The notes: generated by a model from the letters alone, not told the origin. A stretch of DNA of 64,000 nucleotides from an uncultured Acidobacteriota bacterium (GCA_963789815.1 CAWBMG010000009.1:137103-201102); one strand, 5' to 3'. Positions 28,828 through 40,800 are shown, counted from the stretch's first letter. A program made the numbers and translations.

Positions 28828-29460
28828 CTACGCTCGTGGCAAGGCGCGGTCTATATAGTCGACGATGAGGTGCGCATGGTTATCGAAGAGAATGAGCCGC
28901 TCTCCTACGAACCGGAACTCGAGCTCCTCGGGTAGCTTTGGAAGCGCCTCGAGTACTTTGGGAGGCATCGTGGACAGCGGAACTGAGTCCGGGTACGGGC
29001 CGTTCACTCGGACAGATGCAGCAACGGGGTTCTCGTCGAGAATCGATGCCCGCAATTGCTTCGCATCAGCACTGCCGAACGCCCGTTCGAGGACTCGTCG
29101 CAAGTAGCTTTGGGCCTCAGGCCCGAATACGTCCCCAACCTTGGCGCCGGCCCGTGCTTTCGCGATGCCTCGACTCAATTGCTGCTGGGCCACGTCAATC
29201 TGCTGGGGCGTGGCTTTGGTCGGAAACCGCGGAAGGCTATCTTCGATCTTCTTTCGAAGGGCGAGGTATTCATCGACGCGCTTCTCGAACTCTCTCAACG
29301 TCTGGGTATCCTGCGCGGCCTGTAGAGTCGCCACAGCCGTCGCCGTGAGCGCCGGTACGACTACCATCGAGGCGGCCCCACAGATGATCGCAAGGACCAT
29401 CACTCGACTTGCGAAGCCGACCGACCTCATGCCGTGGAGTGCATGCGTCTGTCGCGTCAT
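28828..29460 (-). CDS. hypothetical exported protein
   Basis: 210-aa ORF with a hydrophobic N-region (VMVLAIICGAASMVVVPALTA). Its ATG overlaps the stop of the upstream Omp85-like gene (ATGA at 29457-29460). Confidence 0.6.
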   Translation of the reverse strand: MTRQTHALHGMRSVGFASRVMVLAIICGAASMVVVPALTATAVATLQAAQDTQTLREFEKRVDEYLALRKKIEDSLPRFPTKATPQQIDVAQQQLSRGIAKARAGAKVGDVFGPEAQSYLRRVLERAFGSADAKQLRASILDENPVAASVRVNGPYPDSVPLSTMPPKVLEALPKLPEELEFRFVGERLILFDNHAHLIVDYIDRALPRA

Positions 29461-30899
29461 CGCATTCCCCAGGGTAAGACGTATCCTGCAGATATACGCA
29501 CGCGGCCGTCACGAACACCGTAGCCGACGTCGAGCCTTACCTTGCCGGCACTTGAGGCGTTGTATCGCACTCCGCCACCCACGTCGACATGGAACGTGGA
29601 TGTGCCCGGATCGAGCCGGCGCGATGCGCGGGCGGCGTCAATGAATCCGGCAATGCCTACCCTGCCCACTCGGGTCGAGATTGGATGCTCGTATTCCGAC
29701 GTCGTGAAGACGAGTTGCCTACCAAACACGTCGCCGGTGATGACGCTCGAGCGTCGCAAGGGGTGGGCGCGAAGAAAGGCGCCTCGTCCCTCACCAGAAC
29801 TGGCACCTGGCCAGATCGCTAGGGAGGCGGAGTCGGTGGCGCTTGCGACACCGATGAGCGTCGTGAACACCGGCACATCCTGCCTCGCTGTCGAACGCAC
29901 GGTCGCGACAAGCTCGCCATTCGAGAACGGGGCGCCACGATCGGTTGCGGCCCATCTCCCCGCGGTCAGGATCACGGCAAGACGATCACCGAGCGCGCGT
30001 GCGTTTACGCTGCCCTCCACTGCAACGTAGGGAACCTCCGCGATACGATCGAACGCCGCTCCACCCTCCCATCGCAGCCAGCTCGTTACCCAGTCGGACA
30101 AAGCGGCACCGACACGTTGTCTTCGCTCGCTGAAGACCCCGTCCCCGAGCGTCTCATATTGATAGGTCTGGCGCTCCAGAAAAGTCTGAAGGCGCAAGAT
30201 GCCTGGCAGCTTGCCGGGCGCTGGGGCCTGGAGTCGTAACATGACACGTGGTCGGTTGCGCGAGACACGATATGCGGGGCTCCACACCTCTCCCCGACCG
30301 GTCGGCCCGGCCACATCGACTCGAATCTCTTGGAGAAAGATCGCGCGAGCGCCGACGGCGCCCAATGCGTTGAGACCGCGGGGGACGACGTTACGTTCGG
30401 CAACGATCGCTGTGACCGTGGCGGAGCCACTAGACATCGGGTCGTACCGGACTCTTGAACGCGACGTAATCGGCAGCTCGTCCAACCGCCTCTCCATGCG
30501 TTCGAGTTTTTCTGAAGTCAACAGTTCGCCTGACGTCATATCGAGATGGTCGATAACGACGGACCGCCGCGTCCGCACGAGTCCATCGACGTTGATGCAC
30601 TGAACGCGCGGCTGCCCGACATCGTTCCAGATGTCGAGCGCACCGTGCACGTCACCAGTGATGAAACGCTCGCGCGCGAGGACCTGTCGACCGTCTTCGC
30701 GGGTTGCGACCGGCGCCTCGGACCGAACGCGCTCCGCCTCAGTCTTCTCTGCACGACAATCGACCGCAGGTCCTGTGGTCACAGACGAGGCTGGGGCGTC
30801 GATGCCATGAGCCTGCGCCGACACGACCATCGACAACAGAAAGAGTGGCCCGCCGAAGACGATCACGGGTTTGCAGAACATGCGCCCAACCCACGTCAC
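29457..30899 (-). CDS. Omp85-superfamily (POTRA + beta-barrel) outer-membrane protein
   Basis: It has a signal peptide and one POTRA-like unit (VDGLVRTRRSVVIDHLDMTSGELLTSEKLERMERRLDEL). The rest is a long segment of alternating beta-strand pattern. Family assignment is by architecture only. Confidence 0.55.
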   Translation of the reverse strand: MTWVGRMFCKPVIVFGGPLFLLSMVVSAQAHGIDAPASSVTTGPAVDCRAEKTEAERVRSEAPVATREDGRQVLARERFITGDVHGALDIWNDVGQPRVQCINVDGLVRTRRSVVIDHLDMTSGELLTSEKLERMERRLDELPITSRSRVRYDPMSSGSATVTAIVAERNVVPRGLNALGAVGARAIFLQEIRVDVAGPTGRGEVWSPAYRVSRNRPRVMLRLQAPAPGKLPGILRLQTFLERQTYQYETLGDGVFSERRQRVGAALSDWVTSWLRWEGGAAFDRIAEVPYVAVEGSVNARALGDRLAVILTAGRWAATDRGAPFSNGELVATVRSTARQDVPVFTTLIGVASATDSASLAIWPGASSGEGRGAFLRAHPLRRSSVITGDVFGRQLVFTTSEYEHPISTRVGRVGIAGFIDAARASRRLDPGTSTFHVDVGGGVRYNASSAGKVRLDVGYGVRDGRVRISAGYVLPWGMR

Positions 30900-30916
30900 A
30901 TTCGGCAGTCCGCGAG

Positions 30917-31129
30917 TCAGTGTTTCCGCCCACCGACAAGCAACATGCCAATTCCTGCGGCAACGGCGAGGCCGCCTACGACCGGTGGTAACGGGACACG
31001 GTTCGTCTTCTCCCTCGTGACTTCAATAGGACCGGCATCAATTACTTTGTCTTCGGTCTTGTATGAGAAGCCGCCATAAGCGAAAGCTACGACACCGAGC
31101 ACGATCAACAGGGCTGCAAGAAGTTTCAC
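30917..31129 (-). CDS. small two-TM membrane protein
   Basis: MKLLAALLIVLGVVAFAYGG...VVGGLAVAAGIGMLLVGGRKH. Two clear hydrophobic helices and coding-like codon usage. Confidence 0.6.
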   Translation of the reverse strand: MKLLAALLIVLGVVAFAYGGFSYKTEDKVIDAGPIEVTREKTNRVPLPPVVGGLAVAAGIGMLLVGGRKH

Positions 31130-31177
31130 GGGGCCCTCCTTAGGAGTTGCGGGTGATTGACATCGCGCCTGCGCGTC

Positions 31178-31570
31178 TCAGCGCGTCGGAGATTCAACTG
31201 TCTCCAGCGCCTTCCGCGCTGCGATCTGCGCTCGTCGGCGACGCAGTGAAAGCGCCTCGAGCCGTGCTTCAAGCGGCATCAATCGTTGCTCGTTCTGATC
31301 CTGAACGAGACGAGTTACGGCTCGCTGGCGACGATCGATAGCCATCCGGAAACACTCGAAACATAACGTTCGAGGGCGCTCGGTGAGCGGGTCGTCGCCG
31401 TCTACGCGGAAGCCGTACCTCGCCTCGCCGGCACGGCACGCCGCACACAACCCTGGCTGTTCGACCGGACGTCGCGGCACGGCGCGCGGGCGCGCTCGTC
31501 GCGGTCCTTTGTCATAGAGACCAGGCTGTTGGGTTCCATTGTGCCGAGCCGCTTTCGCCATTTGAGTCAT
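31178..31570 (-). CDS. hypothetical protein with CxxC...CxxC zinc-ribbon
   Basis: The CAAC and CFEC pairs are about 30 residues apart. The N-terminus is Arg-rich and the C-terminus is helical. Confidence 0.5.
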   Translation of the reverse strand: MTQMAKAARHNGTQQPGLYDKGPRRARPRAVPRRPVEQPGLCAACRAGEARYGFRVDGDDPLTERPRTLCFECFRMAIDRRQRAVTRLVQDQNEQRLMPLEARLEALSLRRRRAQIAARKALETVESPTR

Positions 31571-31616
31571 CCTTTCAACAAGACCACCGTCGATCGCTCT
31601 TTTGCGATCGAGAGCG

Positions 31617-32159
31617 CTACGTCGTCGCCTTGGGATCGACCTTTACTTCGCTTGAGACACGGCGGACGCCCGGGACCCTGTAGGCCTCCTCGATCGCCCT
31701 GAGGTGTTGTCCGTTGGTTCGCGCGTCGCCCGACAGCAGCACGACGCCCTGATTGACCGAGGACACTTTGATACCGCTTTGTTTGAGCGTCGCATCCAAC
31801 TTGAAGGTCGTTTCCAGACGATCCTTGATCGCCTCGTCCTTCACCTCGACGGTGTCACGCTGCGTCTTGGGCACAACCTGCAGCACGTTCTTGACGCTCT
31901 TGACGCCGTCGATGCCTTTGGCGACCATCTCGGCTTTCGTTTTCGCGGGCTCAGAGGCAACCTTTCCGTGGAGCGTGACGACGCCGCTGACCGTGTCAAC
32001 GTTGAGGTCTGACGTGTCGACGCCCTCGGTCGTCATCAGTGCGATCTTCGTTTTGACAGTCAGCCAACTGTCTGGCGGATCCGCGGCACGCACTGAGGCC
32101 CCGAGCGCGAGGATGGCGGTAAGGGCCCCGACCACAAATACTGTTGTGTTTCTCTTCAT
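31617..32159 (-). CDS. periplasmic BON-domain protein (OsmY-like)
   Basis: The start is ATG 32157-32159 (MKRNTTVFVVGALTAILALGASVRA). BON units are repeated (VDTVSGVVTLHGKVAS, GIDGVKSVKNVLQV, VSSVNQGVVLLSGDA, VPGVRRVSSEVKV). Confidence 0.85.
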   Translation of the reverse strand: MKRNTTVFVVGALTAILALGASVRAADPPDSWLTVKTKIALMTTEGVDTSDLNVDTVSGVVTLHGKVASEPAKTKAEMVAKGIDGVKSVKNVLQVVPKTQRDTVEVKDEAIKDRLETTFKLDATLKQSGIKVSSVNQGVVLLSGDARTNGQHLRAIEEAYRVPGVRRVSSEVKVDPKATT

Positions 32160-32209
32160 GGAAATTGGTTCCTCCGCGTGATCGGAAAGAGAGGAGCTAC
32201 CCGTGCTGG

Positions 32210-32225
32210 AGCAACCGGTGTGCCA
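32210..32225 (-). promoter_or_regulatory. sigma-54 -24/-12 promoter upstream of BON gene
   Basis: Minus strand reads TGGCAC-ACCGG-TTGCT, a perfect consensus with GG-N10-GC. It lies 51 nt upstream of ATG 32159. Confidence 0.65.
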
Positions 32226-32534
32226 GTGGCGGCAGGTCGCAGCCGCATCCACGCAGCTACGGCATGCTCGTCAATTGCGTAGGTTGGCCGAGCCAGACGT
32301 GCTGATGCGAGGTCAGAATTACCGCGCTCGGCAATCCTTACCAATCCATCAAAGGCCCACTTGAGGACGCCCCTCTCGGTGTCTCATGCCGACTCGTTCA
32401 CACTGAGGCCGACTCGAGCGCAGACCGAGGGCATGCCTCATGCACCTGGGAGAGTCGAGTACTCATGGCTGCGACATCCGCGGTCTAGGCCTTCAGGAAC
32501 ACGCACGTCATCAGTTCGCGCGAGGAGAAACGGC

Positions 32535-34055
32535 ATGGCGGTACAGATCTTCGACGGCACGTTGTGGCAACTTGGGATCACGAGACGGGCGTTTGCCCCT
32601 CTGCGAAAGACCCTGATCGTTGACGTCGCGATCGTGGGCGCCGGTATCACAGGGCTTCTGACAGCGATTCTCCTGCGGCGTCAGGGCTTCGAAGTTGCCG
32701 TGCTCGAGGCAACTCAGGTGGGAGCAGGCGTCACGGGGGCATCGTCAGCTCATCTGACAGAGGTGCCCGACATCGGCTACGTTCGGTTGACACAAGTGCT
32801 GGGGGAAAAGGGCGCCATCGATTTCGTGCGGGCTTACAGCGCTGGCTTCGCCCTCGTGGAGCGGCTGTCGCGACAGGACATTCACTGCGACTTCGGGTGG
32901 GCACCTGCCTACCGGTACAGCGAACGCGCAGAAGACGTCGAGCAACTCGAACAGGAGGCCGACGCAGCGATGCGGCTCGGCATCGATGCAGCTTTCACAG
33001 TGGACTTGCCAGCGTGGTGCAGCGCTTCAGGTGGTGTGAGGTTTGCTCGGCAAGGGATGTTCAACCCCGTGCGATTCCTCGAGGGAGTGACCGAGGCTTA
33101 TGTCGCAGAAGGCGGTCAATTGTTCGAGGGCTCCCGGGTGACCGAGTACCACGAGCAAGAAGGGGCGGCAGTTCGGCTGGTTACCCAGGACGGCGAATGC
33201 GTACTCGCCGACCACGTGGTTCTCGCAACCCACACACCGATCAGCTTCAATGCGGTTCAGGCTCTCGTGGCCCCGTATCAGTCCTACGTGACCACGTTTG
33301 GCTGTCGCAATTTCCACGACGCCGCGATGTTCTGGGATTCCGAGACGCCATACCACTACATTCGTCCGGCGCTTACGGACCAAGGTGCCGTGCTCATCGT
33401 AGGGGGCGAGGATCACAAGGCTGGCGATGGGTCGGATCCAGAGGTGCATTACCGCCGGCTTGAAGCGTGGGCGCGGCAACGGTTCACTCTCGGCGCCTCG
33501 GTCGCGAGGTGGTCCGACACGGTGTATGAACCAGCCGATGGTGTGCCGTATTTCGGGCGATCGGCGCTGGCGACGTCGGTCTCAATCGCGACAGGTTTTT
33601 CGGGCGTCGGTCTTGTTGGTGGTGCGGCGGCTTCGATCGCAATTGCCGGCGAAATCGCCGGACGCCCGAAACCGTGGGCGAGCGTGTTTTCCCCCACACG
33701 GCTAAGGCCGATCGCTTCGGCACGATCCGTTCTCTTGGAGAATCTGGATGTCGCGGCGAGGTGGCTCGAAGGGCGCCTGGCGGTGCCGCCGGCGCTCTGC
33801 CCCAAAGACTTACCGATTGGCGAGGGACGTCTCGTGACGTTCGAGGGCAAGAAGGCCGCGGTGTACCGAGATGAGCAGGGCGCCTACCATGCCCTATCAC
33901 CAACCTGCACGCATCTGGGTTGCACGGTCAACTGGAACGCCTACGATAAGACTTGGGATTGCCCTTGTCATGGTGGCCGCTTCTCCATGAACGGCGAAGT
34001 CATCTCCGGCCCGCCGACGAAACCGCTCGGACTGCACGAACCCCCCGCACGGTGA
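32535..34055 (+). CDS. FAD-dependent oxidoreductase fused to C-terminal Rieske [2Fe-2S] domain
   Basis: ATG 32535 follows GAGGAG. VDVAIVGAGITGLLTA is the dinucleotide fold. The C-terminus has CTHLGC...CPCHGGRF Rieske ligands. Confidence 0.85.
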   Translation: MAVQIFDGTLWQLGITRRAFAPLRKTLIVDVAIVGAGITGLLTAILLRRQGFEVAVLEATQVGAGVTGASSAHLTEVPDIGYVRLTQVLGEKGAIDFVRAYSAGFALVERLSRQDIHCDFGWAPAYRYSERAEDVEQLEQEADAAMRLGIDAAFTVDLPAWCSASGGVRFARQGMFNPVRFLEGVTEAYVAEGGQLFEGSRVTEYHEQEGAAVRLVTQDGECVLADHVVLATHTPISFNAVQALVAPYQSYVTTFGCRNFHDAAMFWDSETPYHYIRPALTDQGAVLIVGGEDHKAGDGSDPEVHYRRLEAWARQRFTLGASVARWSDTVYEPADGVPYFGRSALATSVSIATGFSGVGLVGGAAASIAIAGEIAGRPKPWASVFSPTRLRPIASARSVLLENLDVAARWLEGRLAVPPALCPKDLPIGEGRLVTFEGKKAAVYRDEQGAYHALSPTCTHLGCTVNWNAYDKTWDCPCHGGRFSMNGEVISGPPTKPLGLHEPPAR

Positions 34056-34125
34056 GCCCTCGCCACCGTGCCTCGAGTATCCCGAGTACACAGGGATGCG
34101 CTTTTGGACCGTCTGAGGCTAGTCG

Positions 34126-34228
34126 AACTCCCAACCCACTCTTGTCCAACTTCCAACGCCCAAGATGTCCAACTTCCAACGCCAGACCGCTGATTTGGGA
34201 GTTGGGCTCTCTTGGGAGTTGGGAATTG
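34126..34228. repeat. GGGAGTTG/CAACTCCC hairpin repeat element (copy A, inverted relative to B/C)
   Basis: Left arm: CTCCCAACCC plus two copies of GTCCAACTTCCAACGCC. Right arm: TTTGGGAGTTGGGCTCTCTTGGGAGTTGGGAATTG. It lies between convergent genes (stops at 34055 and 34241). Confidence 0.75.
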
Positions 34229-34240
34229 TCGTGAGCGCGA

Positions 34241-34645
34241 TCAGACGTTGGCCTCGTCAAACAGCACCGGGCGCCGTGGGGATTGCCAGCGCGGGCTCGT
34301 TTCGGCCGACTCCTCGCATTCGCGGCAACGAATCGCAAACGGGAGCGCCTCGAGTCGTCGATCGCTGATTTCCTGCGCGCATTCGGAGCAGAGACCGTAC
34401 TCATCTTCATCGAGACGTCTAAGCGCTTCGTCGATACGCTGGATCGTCTCCGTCTTCATCCCGAGCAACGCGTATTCGATATCCTCTTCTTGAACTCGCT
34501 CCACCCTGTCAAGAATATCGCTCGCATGCAAGGCTTGCGCTTCGTCGCGGGCGTGGCGCAGTCTCTCGGCGATCTCGCTGAGCAATCGGCCGCGGTACGA
34601 TTCGAGTATCTGTCGCAGTCGCAACGTGCGCTCTCTGGTCGTCAT
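34241..34645 (-). CDS. DksA/TraR-family C4 zinc-finger regulator
   Basis: CSECAQEISDRRLEALPFAIRCRECEE is the C4 finger after a coiled-coil region. ATG 34643-34645 is preceded by GAGGAGGAAAGG. Confidence 0.85.
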   Translation of the reverse strand: MTTRERTLRLRQILESYRGRLLSEIAERLRHARDEAQALHASDILDRVERVQEEDIEYALLGMKTETIQRIDEALRRLDEDEYGLCSECAQEISDRRLEALPFAIRCRECEESAETSPRWQSPRRPVLFDEANV

Positions 34646-34679
34646 GTCACCTTTCCTCCTCTGAATGGACATGACGACC

Positions 34680-34695
34680 TGCAACTGTCAGGCCG
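34680..34695 (-). promoter_or_regulatory. sigma-54-like -24/-12 motif upstream of dksA/traR-like gene
   Basis: Minus strand reads CGGCCT-GACAG-TTGCA (GG-N10-GC, perfect -12, partial -24). It lies 36 nt upstream of the ATG. Confidence 0.45.
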
Positions 34696-34834
34696 TCTTC
34701 GCAACTTCTAGTCAGACAGTTGTCCGGCAGACAACGTTTCCTACCATCGCCGGCAAGGAAGCTCTTTCCGGACGCACCTGTAACCATTACCAACGGCTGA
34801 GTCTTGAAACCTGCCGCCTGCGATGATTCGCAGA

Positions 34835-37800
34835 CTAGTGGGAACGGGCGGGGGCCAATCCCATCACGATACGGACGTCATGCACGCGTCCATCGTCAAC
34901 GAGAGGAATGGCCGTGTGCTCAACCAGGTTACCGTCGAGCTCGGCGCTCGACACGCCCGAACTGCACCGAGCGGCGTTATCGACGTGCACGCGGTAGCGG
35001 CTCGTACCGTGGCGCCATTCGAGGCGAAAGTCCGGCCACACTGCGGGTATGCAGGGATCGACCATGAAGACCCTGCCCCGCCTTCGAAGACCCAGGATGC
35101 TCTCGATCGCGGCCCGGTACATCACGCCGCCCGAGGCCGTGTACCAGGTCCACCCACCCCGTCCCGCATGCTGATGATGGGCGTAAACGTCGGCGGCGAC
35201 GACATACGGCTCGACTGCATAACGCTCGACCGCCGCCCCGTCGCGAGTGTGGTTGATCGGGTTCAGCATATGAAATAGCTCGACCGCTTCGTCGCCGTAG
35301 CCGAGCTTAGCGAGCGCCATCACCGTCCACAGCGCAGCGTGGGTATACTGGCCGCCATTCTCGCGGATGCCCGGAGGATAGGCCTTGATGTAGCCCGGGT
35401 TCCTCGCGCCGCGATCGAACGGCGGCGCCAGCAGCAGGAGCACCTGAGCGTCTCGCCGAATCAACCGGCTCCGGACCGCGTCCATCGCGCGTTCGGCACG
35501 ACGCACGGGCGCCGCGCCCGAGAGAACGGCCCAGGACTGTGCAATCGAGTCGATCTGGCACTCGTCGGTATTCGCAGACCCGAGCGGTGTGCCATCGTCA
35601 AAGTACGCCCGTCGGTACCACTCGCCGTCCCACGACAATTCGAGGGCGCCTTTGAGGCGCTGTGCCTCCACACGGTATCGAGCGGCCAGTGCTCGCTCAC
35701 CTCGTGACTCGGCCACCGGAACAAACTCGCTCAGTACATGAAATAGAAACCAACCGAGCCACACACTCTCGCCACGCCCTTCGCGCCCGACGCGGTTCAT
35801 GCCATCGTTCCAATCGCCGCTGCCGATAAGCGGCAGCCCGTGCGCGCCAAGGTTGATGCCACGATTGATCGCTCGAACGCAGTGCTCGAAGAGCGACGCT
35901 TTGTCATCGGAGATCTGAGGCAAGGTATACGATTCCGTTTCGCCACCTGCCAACAGTGGCGCGTCGAGAAATGTGATGACCTCATCGAAGATGCCGGTGT
36001 CGCCTGTGGATGTCACATAGTGCAGAGCCACGTGTGGAAGCCACAGCAGGTCGTCGGAGCACTTGGAGCGAACGCCCTGCCCACCAGGCGGGTGCCACCA
36101 GTGCTGCACGTCGCCCTCGACGAACTGGCGACTCGCGGCCAGGAGCACTTGCTGCCGGTACAAGTCAGGCCGGCTGTAGACCAAGGCCATGACGTCTTGA
36201 AGCTGATCCCGAAACCCAAACGCTCCACCGGGCTGATAAAAGCCGGTCCTGGCCCAGAGTCGCGCGCTGACATTCTGATACTGCAGCCACCCATTGATGA
36301 TGAGATCGAAGGAATCATCCGGCGTCCGGTACTTGAACGGCGTTCACGATATGGTCCCAGGAATCGCTGACGGCGACGCGTGTGCGACGAGAGTGTTCAG
36401 GACTGCCGTGCCGATCGATCAACGTGCGGACATCGTCCACCGATGTCCCTTCGCCAAGGAGAAACACGACCTCTCGGGTCTCGCCCGGTTGGAGGACCAC
36501 TTCGACGTGGAGAGCCGCGCACGGGTCCAGACCGGCCCCGACCTGGTTCGACAGTCTTGGCTCCGAGAGCGCCCGCGGGCGCTGAAGGGTGCCGTGTCGT
36601 CCAAGGAAGTCGCGCCGATCCCCGCAAAATGATCGTGGTGGCGTGCTGCTCCAGGCAAAAGCTAACCGCTCGCTCCAGGCGGCGTCGCGAAAGCGATTAC
36701 CCGCCAGAATGGCGCCGGTCTCATCGTCGAGGCTGGTGACGACGTGGCGTTGATGGCCGGTTCGTGGAGGGCCGAGAAGCCATTCGGTATAGCTGAATAC
36801 GCTCACGTGACGAACGCGCAGCGAATCGTTCGTCAACGTGAGCACTGACGCCTTCACCGGATCCGTCGGTGAGACAAATACCTCCAACGTCTGGCGAAGA
36901 TCTGTCCCGATCCTCTCGAAGCGCGTGAACCCAATCCCGTGCCGGACGATCCATGAGGTTCCGCTCACACGCGGCAACGGCCCTGGCGTGGCACCCCACA
37001 CGTCGTCGCTGTCGTCATCGCGGAATAGGATGGTCTCGCTCGTCGGATCGGAAACGGCATCGTGGGCGAACGGGGTCAATCGATTCTCGCGGCTGTTCTG
37101 AAACCACGTGAACGACGAGCCTGACGCTGTTACGAGCGTGCCGAAGTCGGGATTCGCGAGGATGTTCGACCACGGGGCCGGGGTTTCCTTGTCACCGCCG
37201 AGCACCATGACGTACTCGCGTCCGTCGAGGCTGAACCCCCCTACGCTGTTTCCCATCAACAGCGGTACGTCGACGCGAGGCTCAGCGCGACCCCGTTCAT
37301 CGGGGGCGTTATGACGCCAGACGGCCGCCGGCATTGGGACCGGCGAGGGCCGATCGAGCTGATGAACCAGGTCGCCACGACTGCCAATCAGTACGGCTTT
37401 TGCGGCGGATTCGAGCGCTCGTCGGTCGGAGGCGGCCAGGCCGTCGCCTCTCAATAGGTAGACGCCACCTGGCCGGTCTTTCCACGCGGCCCAGGGGCCG
37501 CGCTCGATGAGCGTGGCCAGTTGCTCTTGCATCTCGTCGAGGTAGCCCGTCGGGTGCTCGTTGACGAGCACGACGTCGGCGCGAAGCGCCTGCAGCCGCC
37601 AGAATTCCTGCGCCTGCAGGATCTGCCGAACGAGCCGCAGATCCTCGCCCCCGGCCGCACGCACCAGAACGATCGGAAGGTCTCCTGAGATGCCATGCGC
37701 CCAGAGACTCGACACTCCCATGACATTCTGGCGAATGGTGTCGGTATCGGCGCGGAGGGAGTCGTCCAGAGAGAACACCCGAGACGCGAGCCGATCGTAC

Positions 37801-40800
37801 TGTCGTGCGACGTCACTGGTCACACCGAGATGGCGAAGGCGCATCTGGCTGTGCGTGCGGGCCATCGCAAACACGCGCGACGCGGCTCCGCGATCGTGAT
37901 ACTTCTGCGCCAGTAGACTCGCGGCGGCGCGGTCGTGCGCGACGCCGGTCGCGAAAGAGAGGCGGACGAATCCGCCAGGCGCCAGCCTGAGCCGCTGCCG
38001 CAGGCTGACAATGGGATCGAGGACCGAGCCGACGAAGCCGCTCAGTGGCCGCCCATCGAGCGACACCGGATTGGCAAGCGAACGCCCTCTCCCGATGAAC
38101 CGCCCTCGGCTCGTCTCCCATTCTGTGGACCCCTGAACTCTCCCTTCCACGCTGAGCACGTGGAACATCCAGGGGCCAGGCTCTTCAGGGCTTCTTGGCC
38201 GTCTTCCGCACAGCAGTGCGGCGGTATCAGCCAGGTACTCGGTCTCGACAAACAGTTTGCTGAACGCCGGATGCGCGACATCGTCTTCCTGCCGGCCCAG
38301 CGCCACCTCGACATAGCTGGTGACCTCGATCTCCCGCGTTCTGTCAGTGGGGTTCGTCAGCGAGAGCCGCCGGACCTCGGCGTCGTCTTCGGGCGAGACA
38401 GTGATCTCGAGCTGCGTCTCAATCTGGTGGTCGGTTCGCCGAAACACCGCCCTATCTGACGCAAAGGTCACGAGGTATTCGTCCGGCTCCTGACAGGTCG
38501 GCTGATAGGTCGCCGACCACAGCTCGCCGGAACGCACGTCACGAAGGTAGAACGCCTGGCCAACACCATCGGACGTGTGATCTTCTCGCCAGCGAGTCAC
38601 GGCCAAGTCGCGCCACCGGCTGAAGCCACCCCCAGCGTTGGTCACGGCCGCGACGTACGAACCGTTCGAGACGAACTGTGTGTGAGGGTAGTAGGTATGC
38701 GGTGTCCTAAATCGCCGCAGAGAAGACGACTGAGGCGAGGAGGCGACGTGCGTTTCCTCCGCAGGCCGCGGCGGCTCGGCGGCCGCCTGGCGCGGGACTC
38801 GCTCCTGGAGCAGGAGCTCCGTTGCCTGGACGCGGGAATCAGAATGAAACCGGCGCACCATGACGTCCGCTCGAAGCGCATTGGTAAGCGCAACGAGAAA
38901 CATGCCCTGATGATGAGCCATGAACGTCCGGACGACGGCCGTGGTCTCCAAGGCAGGGGCCGCCTCCTCATCCGCCTTCTTGCGAGGGGTGTAGTCGACG
39001 GCGTCGTAGAAACCGAAGTGTCCGAGAGCGCCCACGCTCGCCAACCGATTGAGATTGCGAACCGCCGCCGCCGGCTCGAAGGGGATCGCCAACGCCGTCG
39101 CGTAGGGTGCCACCACCAGCTCGTCGGCCAGCCCTCGTTTGAGCCCGAGGCCAGGAACGCCGAATGCCTTGTATTGATAGGTCTCGTGCCGATCCCGCAC
39201 GTTGAACGCTGACTCAGAGATGCCCCACGGCACACCGCGACGACGGCCGTATTGCATCTGGCGTCGAACCGCGCGACTGCACGTGGCATCGAGAAGCGTG
39301 TTGGGGAACACGCGCATCACGAGCGTCGGCATGAGGTACTCGAACATCGAGGCGCTCCACGAAAGGAGCGTGGGCACCCCGTCGACGCTGACCGCTGGCC
39401 TGCCGAGATGAAACCAGTGTCGCTGGGGCACGTCGCCGTTGGCGATGGCGAGAAAACTCGCGAGGCGCGCCTCGGAGGCGAGCAGGTCGTAGAACGACGT
39501 ATCCAGTCGGCCTGGCCCATCCGCATCCGCCATTCGATAGCCAATCGCGAACAGATGCCGGCTGCGATCGTACAAGAACCCGAATCGCATGCCGTCGGCA
39601 ATCGACCGGCATCGCCCGGCGAGCGCCGTGGTGGCGGCCGATGACGGAACGACGTTGTCGTCAGCACACCCGCACATGCAGGCTGAGATTCTCTGAAGGA
39701 GCGCGTTCGCCCACTCGATGGCTTCGTGGCCATCGTGCTGCGAGGGCGAGGTGGAGATCGAGTCCACCGATGATACCGAGAGCGAACTTTCGAGCGCGTC
39801 CTTCCAGCTGACGAGTGCATCGAGAGGCAACTCCGCCGTGTCTGCCTCCGGCACGCTCTCGAGCACTGATTGAGCAATGGCTCGCCACGCCTTGAGGTCC
39901 TCAGGTCCAGACGCGCTACCTCGCACGGACGACTGCGGTTTCGTTGCGGCAGCAAGACGTTGGGCCGTATCGCGAAGGCCATCGACGAGTTGGGCGGTCG
40001 TCTGCGGATCGGTAGCGAGATCGTCGAGGCCGGACGCCAGGGTCAACAGCGCCGCCGCGAGGTTACCGCTGTCAACCGTAGACACGTAGCGTGGCATGAG
40101 CGGCGCCAACGACTCCGTGTCGTACCAATTGAACAGGTGGCCCTCATGGCTTTCAAGCGCCTCGACTGTGTCGAGAGCTCCCTCGACCCGCTGGACGAGC
40201 TCGCCAGTCGTGACGTAGCCGAGATCGTGCGCAGCGAGTGTTGCGAGGAGCCCCATCCCGACGTTGGTCGGCGATGTGCGATGGGCCACGCGTGGATCCG
40301 GCCACTCCTGAAAGTTGTCGGGCGGCAACCAGTGATCCTTGGGACCGACGTGCACCTCGAAATACCGCCAGGTGCGCCGAGCCCACCCACGCAACTGCTG
40401 ACGGTCTTCGTCCTCGAATTGCCAATGTGCGGCGGACACGGGGCGGCTGAGCCAGTACCCGATGGCGGGGGCAGACAGCCACGCGGCTGAAAACGGCGTC
40501 GCGCACAGCCAGACGTCCAGCGACGAGTGCCTGATGGCCACGAGGAGACCGATGGCGATGAGCGAACTCGAGGCCATCTCGACCTCGAATGTCCGCAGGC
40601 CGCCGCGGCCGATGAGCCCCGTGGCGCGAGCGGCGATGCTCGCCGCGGTTTCCCACTCGAGCAGTCGTCGCTGGGTGATGAGAAGCCGCACGAGCGTCAG
40701 CACGATTGCATGGACCATGTCCCACGCGTGATACGCGAGCAGGACAAGGGATAGGGTCGCCTGCGCGGCCGTGGTGCGTGCGTCATCCCACAGTCGCCGC

